From positions 186,001-250,000 of the IMG/VR virus record IMGVR_UViG_3300046692_000091: a stretch of DNA of 64,000 nt. One strand, 5' to 3'. The notes below the pieces were generated by a model. It worked only from the letters and a program-made list of their open reading frames with translations. It was not told the DNA's origin and searched no databases. The position numbers and the translations under genes were made by a program. Below, in pieces: positions 8,808 to 17,668 of the stretch (position 1 is its first letter; every line of letters starts with the position of its first letter).

Positions 8808-9323
8808 ATGTCGAAGCTAAAGCAGTTGGCAGTGCTGTATGCGAATGAAGACAAATCCATCCCTGTTGAATACTACTCGCACACTGGCACTCTGTTACGA
8901 GGCTCAATCCAGCGCCTCGATGATGATGTTGCTATTGTTGTAACCCGTGATGCGTCAGCGCCTATCCGTGTGAAGATTAATGTCACCGGTATGGCCGGGG
9001 TAGCAAACCCTCAAGAGTGGTGTCTTACTCGTGAGGGGCGAGATCGTTACTGTACCATTGATACTAATGGTGGTGATGAACTACGGCAGCAACGACTGGT
9101 AATGATAACGAATGCGTTTGAGAAAATCAAACGTCATGCTGATGATGTACATTACCATTACGTAGACCAATGGACTGGGTTGTTTGCATCTGACATTGCT
9201 GGCTTCGTATCGTTCAACCTGAATACTCCAGATGTCCCAATCACGGGCTTCTTGGTATTCCTGGATGGACGTATACGCTTCGTTCATGCTGTACCAGTCG
9301 ATGTAAAACTTCGACCGATGTAA
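8808..9323 (+). CDS. hypothetical protein
   Basis: SD GGAG; 171-aa ORF. Confidence 0.75.
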   Translation: MSKLKQLAVLYANEDKSIPVEYYSHTGTLLRGSIQRLDDDVAIVVTRDASAPIRVKINVTGMAGVANPQEWCLTREGRDRYCTIDTNGGDELRQQRLVMITNAFEKIKRHADDVHYHYVDQWTGLFASDIAGFVSFNLNTPDVPITGFLVFLDGRIRFVHAVPVDVKLRPM

Positions 9324-9328
9324 CAACA

Positions 9329-9378
9329 CGGCATAAAGGCTACCCTTCGGGGTAGCCGATATACCTTATTTTTTTTTA
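9329..9378. terminator. bidirectional terminator between convergent genes
   Basis: CGGCATAAA-GGCTACCC-TTCG-GGGTAGCC followed by a T-tract. Confidence 0.85.
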
Positions 9379-11202
9379 CTTCCCGTAGGAACGCAACCAA
9401 CGACCGATGCAAGGATCGAAGTTAGATTTGTATTTCAGGAATTTCAGGAACAGTTCTTCCAAGCGTGGATGTTCACGCAACACCATCGCACTACGAGTTA
9501 CCTTAATGAAGTCTTCAGCTGGGATCACAATAGTTGGATCTTCCAGAACTCTGGCCAGTTCAGGTAGTCGATCGATGTTCTGGAAAGCTTTCCATGCATC
9601 TTCTACATCACCGTAAATCATCTTAGGGATACTATCCTGGGAGATGTTGAACAGTGTGAATGGACCTTCATGTTCACGTAGTGTTACTTCGGTACCATCA
9701 CCGAAACGATTCAACCAACGCTCGTTATTGCAGAACAGATCAACGTAGTGCTCTGTAGCTGTAACATTTCCCACTGCCTCCAGCAAACTACGCATGGCTG
9801 CAATGTTAGGCATGTTTACAATACGAACGCCATTCCCTACGAACAACTCAGGATGGAACTCATCAGCATCTACTTCAACATGTAGAACCATGATTGCTTT
9901 ATCATCACCAGAATCCTTCTCGAATACATAAGCATTCTTACGATACTTAGGATTAGACAGAGTTGGTAGCTCATCAACATTATCCAGGACAGCTTTCTGG
10001 ATAGCACTGATTACCTCTTCTGGGTTTTCAATTTCTTTACCCAGCGTAATATGGATGGTTTTCTTTTCTTCTGCGATTCTAGCCGTCTTGGCAATTTCAT
10101 CAGTAAGGTAATGATCTGGTTTGATATCTACATTCAGATCTGCTTCTGGGTATGCCGAACGGAAGTATCCGATCGTGCACAGTGGCGATGTATCAGTGTC
10201 ATCAACTTTCAGATTGATAGTCATCTTACCTTTAGCTTCACGGACCGTATCGAACGGACCAGCATCGGCACCACAGTCTGGATCTTCACCCTCACCGAAG
10301 ACACCACAGTCATCCAGATCTACACCTTCATCAGCTAAGGCAACTTCGTCATCTTCCAGATCCACGAGACTACTCACACGGTCAGTATGATAACGCGATT
10401 CAACGCCAGTGACAATGATCAATGTATTCGTTTTCTTAGGGAGACCCAATGAACGATCACCTTCTGACAAAGTGGTATCAGCGATGTTAAGTTTGGTGTT
10501 ATATTGCCCTACGCTAGCCAGTAAATCATGGATATAACGGGAGAGCGCTTCTGCACCAGAATTACTATCAAATCCAGTGACAGTAACATGGACGGTATTC
10601 ACATCTGGATCGGCAGCATCCATGTCTTCGATAGGAGCTGGTTCTTTCGATGTCCGAGCAATGATGTCTTTGTACTCAGGCATTTCAGTTACGTCTACTT
10701 GGAACAGGTGCGCTAGAACGCGTGCAGCTGCTATGTTAGCTTTACCATGTTCTATGCCGGAGTCCATGATAGGGCAAGCTGTATTGCAAACCCAGGACCA
10801 CAGATACGATGGGTCAGAAGCCATAGCTACTTTCAATGTATCGAAAGCTTTTGTGATCTCGTTCTGTTCTGGTACCACGGGGAGAGTTTCATCAATAACT
10901 GGGCCGACTACCGAATCTTCCTCGGTCATAGCACGGGCACATTCATGTGGTCCATCCGTGGTATAACTGAAGGTGCTGGTAATAGTCATATCGACGAACC
11001 AATCCATGCCTTTGAATTCATCTACGAATAGACGGAACACACCATCACCCATAGTGCTTACACTGGTGACGTAATTGAACGGGTCGGCTTGCAGATAACG
11101 GGCGACCAGTAGACCGAAATTAACTGATGGTTTGGCTAGAGGACGACTGACTTCTTCAATTGCCCGATGTACTATTTCTAACAGCGTTGTTTGCGATGAC
11201 AT
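9376..11202 (-). CDS. large acidic hypothetical protein
   Basis: Long ORF (track to 11307); likely ATG 11202; D/E-rich centre. Confidence 0.8.
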   Translation of the reverse strand: MSSQTTLLEIVHRAIEEVSRPLAKPSVNFGLLVARYLQADPFNYVTSVSTMGDGVFRLFVDEFKGMDWFVDMTITSTFSYTTDGPHECARAMTEEDSVVGPVIDETLPVVPEQNEITKAFDTLKVAMASDPSYLWSWVCNTACPIMDSGIEHGKANIAAARVLAHLFQVDVTEMPEYKDIIARTSKEPAPIEDMDAADPDVNTVHVTVTGFDSNSGAEALSRYIHDLLASVGQYNTKLNIADTTLSEGDRSLGLPKKTNTLIIVTGVESRYHTDRVSSLVDLEDDEVALADEGVDLDDCGVFGEGEDPDCGADAGPFDTVREAKGKMTINLKVDDTDTSPLCTIGYFRSAYPEADLNVDIKPDHYLTDEIAKTARIAEEKKTIHITLGKEIENPEEVISAIQKAVLDNVDELPTLSNPKYRKNAYVFEKDSGDDKAIMVLHVEVDADEFHPELFVGNGVRIVNMPNIAAMRSLLEAVGNVTATEHYVDLFCNNERWLNRFGDGTEVTLREHEGPFTLFNISQDSIPKMIYGDVEDAWKAFQNIDRLPELARVLEDPTIVIPAEDFIKVTRSAMVLREHPRLEELFLKFLKYKSNFDPCIGRWLRSYGK

Positions 11203-11204
11203 GT

Positions 11205-12122
11205 TTATACCTGTTGTGTTGATTGAGTGGCACGATGTCCACGTAGACGGATTTTGGTAACACCTGGAGCTTCTACCCAAACTGTAGCGACCATGTCCTC
11301 TGTACACTCGGTACGAACGGAATAATCATCAGCAGGGAATTCTTCACCGAGTTGTTTCAGTACGGCAAGCTTAATATTATCTGCGAATTCTACAGCAGTA
11401 CGATCTTGCTCATGTGCTAGGAATGCATCGGTAAATGCACGATTAGCAGCCATGGTTAGAACCAGAGTCTTTTCACTGCGACCACGTTGTGCTTTGGAGA
11501 TCGGCGCAGGATCGATAGATTCTTTCACAGTTGGTTGCATTGGGTGTTCCTGTTCTTCGTAACGTTTGTATTCGATAGAGGCTTCTACTACCATGCCAAC
11601 TCGGACATCTTCTACATTGACACGGAAAGACAAGTCCTTACCGACTCCACCAGTAACATTCACTTCGAAGTCTTCTTCCAGACCATCGTAATGTGCAACT
11701 AGTTCACGGCGGATCTCTTCTTCCGATTTCAGTACCAGTTGATGCAGTGTAAGAGATGCGTCACCAGTCAACTTAGCGAAGACCTTAGACACAATTCCTT
11801 CCAGTACTTCTGCCAGAGTCTGTGATTTACTCTCAGGAGCTGGGCTGAGTTCAGCATAAACAGTTGTGACGTACTTGGCACCATCATGTTCGATAACAGC
11901 ATTCACCTCGAACGTGGACTGTACCCCCTTCCAGTGAATGCAGGTACTGATACCCACACTCTTGCCTGGATATTCTTTGCGCATCATGGCTTGTATGCCA
12001 TCGGCTACTTTCTCACGGAGGATATGATTATCCGATGTAACATCATCACGTACACTTGCAACTACTTCGTTCGTGAAGTCTTGTAGGTTCGTATCGAACA
12101 AAGCTTTTTCTAATCCACCCAT
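11205..12122 (-). CDS. hypothetical protein
   Basis: 305-aa ORF directly downstream of rtcB. Confidence 0.8.
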   Translation of the reverse strand: MGGLEKALFDTNLQDFTNEVVASVRDDVTSDNHILREKVADGIQAMMRKEYPGKSVGISTCIHWKGVQSTFEVNAVIEHDGAKYVTTVYAELSPAPESKSQTLAEVLEGIVSKVFAKLTGDASLTLHQLVLKSEEEIRRELVAHYDGLEEDFEVNVTGGVGKDLSFRVNVEDVRVGMVVEASIEYKRYEEQEHPMQPTVKESIDPAPISKAQRGRSEKTLVLTMAANRAFTDAFLAHEQDRTAVEFADNIKLAVLKQLGEEFPADDYSVRTECTEDMVATVWVEAPGVTKIRLRGHRATQSTQQV

Positions 12123-12125
12123 GAC

Positions 12126-13385
12126 TTAACCTTTTACGCAGAGAATTTGTTTGAGAGTATGGACGATGTCCACGAGTTGTTCTTGTGCAGACATTACGTC
12201 TTCGATGTTCTTGTAAGCTTTTGGTGTTTCATCGATGACAGAGATATCCTTACGACATTCTACACCAGCTGTATCACGGACATGATCTTCCAGGGTGAAT
12301 GTCTTAGCAGCCTGAGTACGGGACATGACTCGGCCAGCTCCGTGTGAACACGAGCAGAAAGAATCACGGTTACCTTTACCACGGACGATGAAAGACTTAG
12401 CGCCCATCGAACCAGGGATAATCCCGAGTGTACCTTTATCTGCGTTCACTGCACCCTTACGAGTTACCAGAACGTTGTTACCGAAGTGGCGTTCTTCTGA
12501 TACGTAGTTGTGGTGGCAGTTGATGGCCGACATATCGGAATCGATTGGCAGACCTAGAGTACGGTGGATAGCACCAAGAGTAGCATGCATCATGATCGAA
12601 CGGTTAAGTGCAGCGAAGCGTTGTGCCCAGGACACGGCTTCGATGTAGTCGTTGTAATATTGCGAACCTTCGGGGAGGTAAGCGAGATCACCATCTGGCA
12701 GATGAATGAAGAAACGTTTCATTTCTTCTTTTGCTTTCGAGATAAAGTAAGTACCGATTGCGTTACCGATACCACGAGAACCAGAGTGCAGCATCACCCA
12801 CACTTGATCGGATTCATCCAGACAGATCTCGATGAAGTGGTTACCTGTACCGAGAGTACCTACATGGTTCCATGCACGAGCTGCAGCTTTCGCCAACTTA
12901 GGATGACGTTCTACAATACGTTCCAGATGCTTACGCAGTTTCTCTGCTTCATCACGGATAGCTTGAGATTGGTGAGTGAACACGGATACCGTACCAAATG
13001 CACCACGATCGTTCTTCCCACCGTTGTCAGTACGGCCATGAGGCACTGAGGCTTCGATAGCGGCACGCAAATGGCCAAGAGAGGTCGGTAGTGCTGTGGA
13101 CTTAAAAGTAAGGCGCTGCGCAGCCATACCACAACCGATATCAACACCTACTGCGGCTGGAATGATTGCGCCTTTAGTAGCAACCACAGAACCCACTGTT
13201 GCACCTTTACCCAAGTGTACGTCGGGCATCACAGCAATGTGCGAATAGATGAATGGGAGGGCAGCAATGTTCTTGAGTTGAGAAATTGCTTCTTTCTCTA
13301 CTGGTACGCCAACGGTCCAGCCTTTGATTGGTTTAGAACCTGGTTCTACTGTATCACCAATCAGTTCAAATGTTTTCTGTTTCAT
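12126..13385 (-). CDS. rtcB: RtcB family 3'-phosphate RNA ligase
   Basis: Motifs MPDVHLGKGATVGSV, VGVDIGCG, GTLGTGNHFIE, MLHSGSRG, CHHNY, IPGSMG, SCSHGAGR, DETPKAYK. Confidence 0.97.
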   Translation of the reverse strand: MKQKTFELIGDTVEPGSKPIKGWTVGVPVEKEAISQLKNIAALPFIYSHIAVMPDVHLGKGATVGSVVATKGAIIPAAVGVDIGCGMAAQRLTFKSTALPTSLGHLRAAIEASVPHGRTDNGGKNDRGAFGTVSVFTHQSQAIRDEAEKLRKHLERIVERHPKLAKAAARAWNHVGTLGTGNHFIEICLDESDQVWVMLHSGSRGIGNAIGTYFISKAKEEMKRFFIHLPDGDLAYLPEGSQYYNDYIEAVSWAQRFAALNRSIMMHATLGAIHRTLGLPIDSDMSAINCHHNYVSEERHFGNNVLVTRKGAVNADKGTLGIIPGSMGAKSFIVRGKGNRDSFCSCSHGAGRVMSRTQAAKTFTLEDHVRDTAGVECRKDISVIDETPKAYKNIEDVMSAQEQLVDIVHTLKQILCVKG

Positions 13386-13449
13386 ATAAAGCCTCACGCG
13401 GATGGAAAGAGGAATTGTTACATACACTGACTTTGCCAGTATTATTAAA

Positions 13450-13477
13450 CGGCATAAGGGTTCCCCGGAGGGAACCC
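13450..13477 (-). terminator. hairpin terminator-like element
   Basis: Minus strand GGGTTCCC-TCCG-GGGAACCC-TTATGCCG. Confidence 0.75.
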
Positions 13478-13491
13478 GAATACTTACAGGA

Positions 13492-13809
13492 CTACTTGTT
13501 ACTCAGATGGCATTGAAGATCTGCCATGACGTCGTCCGCAACCTTACGTCGCCCTAACATTCCTGTTAGTTCTTCAAGGGTGCATTCTTCAGGGTCCCAT
13601 TGACCTTCTAGTCCCATACAGGAGCAGTGTGATCCATGGACTTCATAGTACTTACCATTCTGTTCGTAGAGCACGTAGGCGGACCCACTGTAATCTTCGT
13701 AAGTATAGTCAGCGTGTATGATAGTTACCCCTTCAAGCTCAGACATCCGTACATCAAAACTCAATGCTACGTCTTCAATATCACCTTCGGACCAATCGTT
13801 GTAAAACAT
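13492..13809 (-). CDS. acidic hypothetical phage protein
   Basis: 105-aa ORF with YSGSAYV and GSHCSCMGLEGQW motifs. Confidence 0.8.
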   Translation of the reverse strand: MFYNDWSEGDIEDVALSFDVRMSELEGVTIIHADYTYEDYSGSAYVLYEQNGKYYEVHGSHCSCMGLEGQWDPEECTLEELTGMLGRRKVADDVMADLQCHLSNK

Positions 13810-13924
13810 GTTCTATACCTTTAAGCGTGATTACGATGCTCGTAATCTTCATTTGCTTATTGCGTATAGTCCTGTATAATGTATCTCTACCAGTATTTCT
13901 TTATCTGGATGAGACAGCATAATG

Positions 13925-14222
13925 AGAACCCTAAGGCCCCCTATGCTTAAGTAATCTACAATACCAATGGCCGGCCTGCTCTATCGCCCACCTATAGGGA
14001 GCGATCATTGGTAAATGTAGCGCCACGAGTTGGCAGTATCTTTCCAGTCACGGACACCACTCATCGGGTGCCTCTATGGACCATCAAGATAGTTGAACTT
14101 ATGACTCGGCATCAGAGAGACTGTCACATCTCTAAGCACCATTCGGGTTGAAGCTTGACAGGCTTCGTTTTGTAGGTCTTCCTCCTTGTGTGTAGTAACC
14201 GCGCAACGCTACACTCTGGTCG
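13925..14222 (-). ncRNA. putative ~300-nt structured ncRNA
   Basis: ORF-free; promoter motif at 14223-14244; helices GTGTAG/CTACAC, AGAGA/TCTCT, GGCACC/GGTGTC, TACCAATG/CATTGGTA. 3' boundary approximate. Confidence 0.6.
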
Positions 14223-14244
14223 TATACTATTACGTTCTCAGTAT
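14223..14244 (-). promoter_or_regulatory. putative ncRNA-associated promoter motif
   Basis: ATACT-gagaac-GTAATAGTATA on the minus strand. Confidence 0.7.
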
Positions 14245-14245
14245 T

Positions 14246-15130
14246 TTATTTCAGGAAAGTACCACAACTTGCTTGTACATCAGTACCAACGCGAGGAATT
14301 AGTTTTACACGTGCATTGGGTAATCGGCGTTTGATGTAACGATGTAAGTAATCGATATGGCCTTCTACTGGTTCACGAGAGTAATGCCCTTCTGGTGGAT
14401 TGTACCGAACGATGTTCCAATTAACCTCTAACTGATATCCATCGATCACATCCAGGATAGCTTTAACATCAGCAAGGTTATCATTTTCATGTTCAATGAA
14501 AGCGTAGTGGATCTTCGGAACTTTGCCTGTGTGCAGCTGCCAGTCTTTGAGGATTGCGAATGCATCTCGTGGGTAACCCGCTTTAGGTAACCAACGTTTA
14601 CGAAACCGATCATTCAATGAGTAGACCGAATAATAAATCTCGGGGTATACCTCTGGATCAGTGAACACCGATTCAAGTGACCGGCGACTAAACTCTTCTG
14701 GCATGATAGTAGATATCAGGAACTTTGATTCAAGTCCATATCTGGCTGCACGTTTCTTTAAGCCACGCAAGATCTCATCGGCATTACTTAGAAAGATCTT
14801 ATTAGCTAAAGGTTCGCCTCGTGCCATGAAGTTGAAATGGACCATCTTAGCTGGATGCTTGTCGGCATAGTATCGTAGGACTTCATCTGCTTGCTGCCAG
14901 AATTCTTCAATCGTGGTATCACGTAGTTTATTCTGACCTGTTGCAGTTAACCAGCACATCCGGCAAGCTTGCTTACAACCTGTCTGAGACGACAAGTAAA
15001 CAATGAAGTAGTCATCAACCCGACGTACATATCGTGCCTCTAGCATCCCTGGGTGATCTTCAAAGCGGTGTTCGAAGTTTACTGATTGATCGAGTTGGGA
15101 TACATGTTGTTTAAAGATTAGATTATCCAT
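14246..15130 (-). CDS. RlmN/Cfr-like radical SAM protein
   Basis: SSQTGCKQACRMC (CxxxCxxC), FMARGEPLAN (MGMGEP-like), C-terminal ASCG. Confidence 0.85.
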   Translation of the reverse strand: MDNLIFKQHVSQLDQSVNFEHRFEDHPGMLEARYVRRVDDYFIVYLSSQTGCKQACRMCWLTATGQNKLRDTTIEEFWQQADEVLRYYADKHPAKMVHFNFMARGEPLANKIFLSNADEILRGLKKRAARYGLESKFLISTIMPEEFSRRSLESVFTDPEVYPEIYYSVYSLNDRFRKRWLPKAGYPRDAFAILKDWQLHTGKVPKIHYAFIEHENDNLADVKAILDVIDGYQLEVNWNIVRYNPPEGHYSREPVEGHIDYLHRYIKRRLPNARVKLIPRVGTDVQASCGTFLK

Positions 15131-15516
15131 TAGCTAATAGTCCCTATTTGCCATCCATCCAGACGTAGTGAGATATAACCTTTTCGACCTTCTTCTACAT
15201 ACACTGCAGTTGGTTCATATGCCCGGTAAGCTTTTTGTCGATCGGTAAACCCATTACGAATATCATGCATTGCCATTTCTAATTTGGAACACATTTGTAG
15301 CGTGCTATATGCGCTGTCTCCACGCATGTCATTGAAATATGGCTGTAGTGCTGATCCATAAGCAACTACGGCTTCATTGATTGGTTGTGGACCTTTGTAC
15401 CGGGTTAGCTCAGCTTCATAGGCATCGAACGCTGCTGTCTGTTTACGTCTAGCTATGCCTTGGTTAAGTCGTTCAACCACTGCTCGTTCGCGTGGCCGAA
15501 ATCTGTTTGGGCGCAT
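15130..15516 (-). CDS. hypothetical protein
   Basis: SD AAAGGA; TAATG-coupled to the radical SAM gene. Confidence 0.7.
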   Translation of the reverse strand: MRPNRFRPRERAVVERLNQGIARRKQTAAFDAYEAELTRYKGPQPINEAVVAYGSALQPYFNDMRGDSAYSTLQMCSKLEMAMHDIRNGFTDRQKAYRAYEPTAVYVEEGRKGYISLRLDGWQIGTIS

Positions 15517-15540
15517 TGTATATTCCTTTTGTATGATTGC

Positions 15541-15570
15541 GGGCATAAAGGCTATCCCGAAGGATAACCC
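15541..15570 (-). terminator. hairpin terminator-like element after tRNA cluster
   Basis: Minus strand GGTTATCC-TTCG-GGATAGCC-TTTATGCCC; the G-U pair forms only on the minus strand. Confidence 0.75.
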
Positions 15571-15595
15571 AATGCGAGGGGCTCTAAGGCCAATA

Positions 15596-15671
<76 letters not shown>

Positions 15672-15676
15672 TAATT

Positions 15677-15765
15677 TGGCGGAAGCATAGAGATTCGAAC
15701 TCTAGGGGCTGTTACACCCGACGGTTTTCAAGACCGTTGCCTTAAGCCATCTCGGCCATGCTTCC
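15677..15765 (-). tRNA. tRNA-Ser(TGA)
   Basis: Class II cloverleaf with long variable arm; loop CT-TGA-AA; CCA. Confidence 0.95.
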
Positions 15766-15780
15766 TGTGTTGCTTTTGTA

Positions 15781-15866
15781 TGGTGCGGACAGAGAGACTC
15801 GAACTCTCACGCCCTAAGGGCGCTGGAACCTAAATCCAGTGCGTCTACCAATTCCGCCATGTCCGC
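15781..15866 (-). tRNA. tRNA-Leu(TAG)
   Basis: Class II cloverleaf; CTGGA-TTTAGGT-TCCAG; CCA. Confidence 0.95.
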
Positions 15867-15868
15867 TG

Positions 15869-15890
15869 TATATTATTACACACCAAGTAT
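15869..15890 (-). promoter_or_regulatory. putative ncRNA-associated promoter motif
   Basis: ATACT-tggtgt-GTAATAATATA ends 2 nt before tRNA-Leu position 1. Confidence 0.7.
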
Positions 15891-15897
15891 TTTTTTA

Positions 15898-16629
15898 TTA
15901 GACTACGCTGGGGGTGTAATTATTGGTGTAACGCACGTAGTTACTAATTCTTACATTACCTAGGTAACGAGGAACGTTATTAGCGTTGCTGTTTAGAGCA
16001 CCTAGGTATAACGTAGACAAGTTAGCGAAGTTACTAGCTGGTCCACTCTGGAAGAAACCAGATAATGTTCCACCTGAAACTCCAGGCTGCATGTCTTGTA
16101 GTACGCCGTTAATATAGAATCTTAGGCGGCGATTAGTATCGCAGGTCATTGCGTATTTAGTGACTATATTCGTAAAGGTGTTGAAGGTAACTGCCGGGTA
16201 ACGACACTCTGACTTCGCTCCACTGTTGCTGTTATCAGAGAACATCAATAGATTACCATAACCGGCATCACCAAAGCGCATGGTGAAACCTTTGAGTAAT
16301 GACGAATCTGTCATATAGAATTCGTTTGTCCAAGCCGTAGCATTACCTGGGCGAAGTTCTGACCACTCGATTGTCCAATTGGTACTAGACAAATCCAAGA
16401 GTGGGTTGAAAGCCATGAATAAACGCGAACCACTACCACCAGCTGTAGGCATAGATAGGGTTGGTTTATTATCAATTAGTGTTGTGTTACTCACCACTGC
16501 GCCAGCGGATATTGTGATGGGTCTATTACTAACAGTCTCGGTCACTGTGGCCATGTCAATATACAGGATCACATCACCTGTTTCTGGCGGGACCGAGCTC
16601 GAACTTGGTGATAGTAGTAATTCATACAT
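15898..16629 (-). CDS. LamG/concanavalin A-like lectin-fold protein, probably virion-associated
   Basis: LDLSSTNWTIEW and GNVRISNYVRYTNNYTP signatures; paralog of 18676..19395. Confidence 0.7.
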   Translation of the reverse strand: MYELLLSPSSSSVPPETGDVILYIDMATVTETVSNRPITISAGAVVSNTTLIDNKPTLSMPTAGGSGSRLFMAFNPLLDLSSTNWTIEWSELRPGNATAWTNEFYMTDSSLLKGFTMRFGDAGYGNLLMFSDNSNSGAKSECRYPAVTFNTFTNIVTKYAMTCDTNRRLRFYINGVLQDMQPGVSGGTLSGFFQSGPASNFANLSTLYLGALNSNANNVPRYLGNVRISNYVRYTNNYTPSVV

Positions 16630-16692
16630 GTTGATTATCCTGGTTATATAAACATATAATTAGGTGATAGTCAAAATCCCCTTTGCATAATA

Positions 16693-16725
16693 CAGCATAA
16701 AGCTTCCCCAAAGGGAAGCACTATG
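16693..16725 (-). terminator. hairpin terminator-like element
   Basis: GCATAAA-GCTTCCC-CAAA-GGGAAGC-ACTATG on + strand, just downstream of tRNA-Leu(TAA). Confidence 0.75.
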
Positions 16726-16727
16726 TT

Positions 16728-16814
16728 TGGTGCGGGGAGCGGGATTCGAACCCAGCGAGCCTGTACAGGCGGCGGCTTTTAAGGCCGCTATGTATTCCGC
16801 TCCATCATCCCCGC
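16728..16814 (-). tRNA. tRNA-Leu(TAA)
   Basis: GCGGC-CTTAAAA-GCCGC anticodon arm; variable arm; TTCGAAT T-loop; CCA. Confidence 0.92.
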
Positions 16815-16827
16815 GTGTAACTAAATT

Positions 16828-17668
16828 CGGTCCCAGCATCCAGGATTCAAGCCCTGGTTATCAACGAACACGGGGTCGTTGGTAGATCGCCGCTGGGCGA
16901 GCTTTTCATCCCAATGTACAGCTTGAGCTGGTCGCGGCATTCCGCTAGAGGTCAAACCGTTCCGAAGGGTCTATCTACTTACTCGCCTTACAACGCTTCA
17001 GAGTGATGGAGGGCAAGTAAAAGAATCGGGGTAACCCACTATTCCCTTGGCAGCGGTCATGGTTTAAGATGACTTGCGGAATAGCTCGTTACATGGGTGC
17101 ACTATAGCGTACACGTCGCTGCCTTTCGGCCTTCTCATCGATTACCAGCCGCAGCTAGTTCTCTGTGTATGGCCCAGTAGCCTCTTTACGGGAGTCATCT
17201 ACTGGGAAGGTTACCACTACAGGACTATCACCTTCTATGGCCTGGTATTCCAACCAGTTCATGTAACCAAGACGGACATCTGATCCGTTGCAGCCGAGTC
17301 GTAACGCTTCTTCGGTATGGCGCCTTAGTAGTCAGGACTATCTGACCTTTGGGGTATCATGAGTACGGGCTTCGAGTTTCCCTGATATTCCACTATTCTA
17401 GTCTTTTGTGGAACGTCATTGGGTATCATTCGTAGATCTATACAAGTGTAACTCTGTGCCCTAGTCTGAGGATTAATCAGACACCTGTATTGATCCGAGC
17501 CTATCCCTTCCAGGCTAGGTCTTCACACTCCCACTTCTGGGGGAATGCGTATGTAAAAGTTTGATGGAACGATCCTCTACCTTCATCTATTCGGACTTAG
17601 GCGACCTTTTCAGCACAGTGGGGTGGAGTGCACTTACCCAACATCCTACCATGTCTTTCACATGCTCT
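16828..17668 (-). ncRNA. putative ~850-nt highly structured ncRNA
   Basis: No credible ORF; more than 10 visible helices, a GAAA tetraloop, a repeated loop motif; G-U pairs favour the minus strand. Boundaries approximate. Confidence 0.7.

Noticed and set aside
11205-12122. Three internal ~80-aa repeats
   Set aside because: Only a vague helix-then-strands periodicity by eye; no conserved residues I can align with confidence.
14121-14131. AGATGTGACAG as a Tn5/Nextera adapter remnant
   Set aside because: The mosaic end is AGATGTGTATAAGAGACAG; the central 8 nt are missing and both copies sit in coherent hairpin contexts.
13925-14222. RNase P RNA, tmRNA or hammerhead identity for the 300-nt RNA
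   Set aside because: GAGGAAGACC resembles RNase P GAGGAAAGUCC but has no P4 partner. There is no tmRNA acceptor or T-arm end. CCGATGAG...GAAA lacks a proper hammerhead stem II and core.
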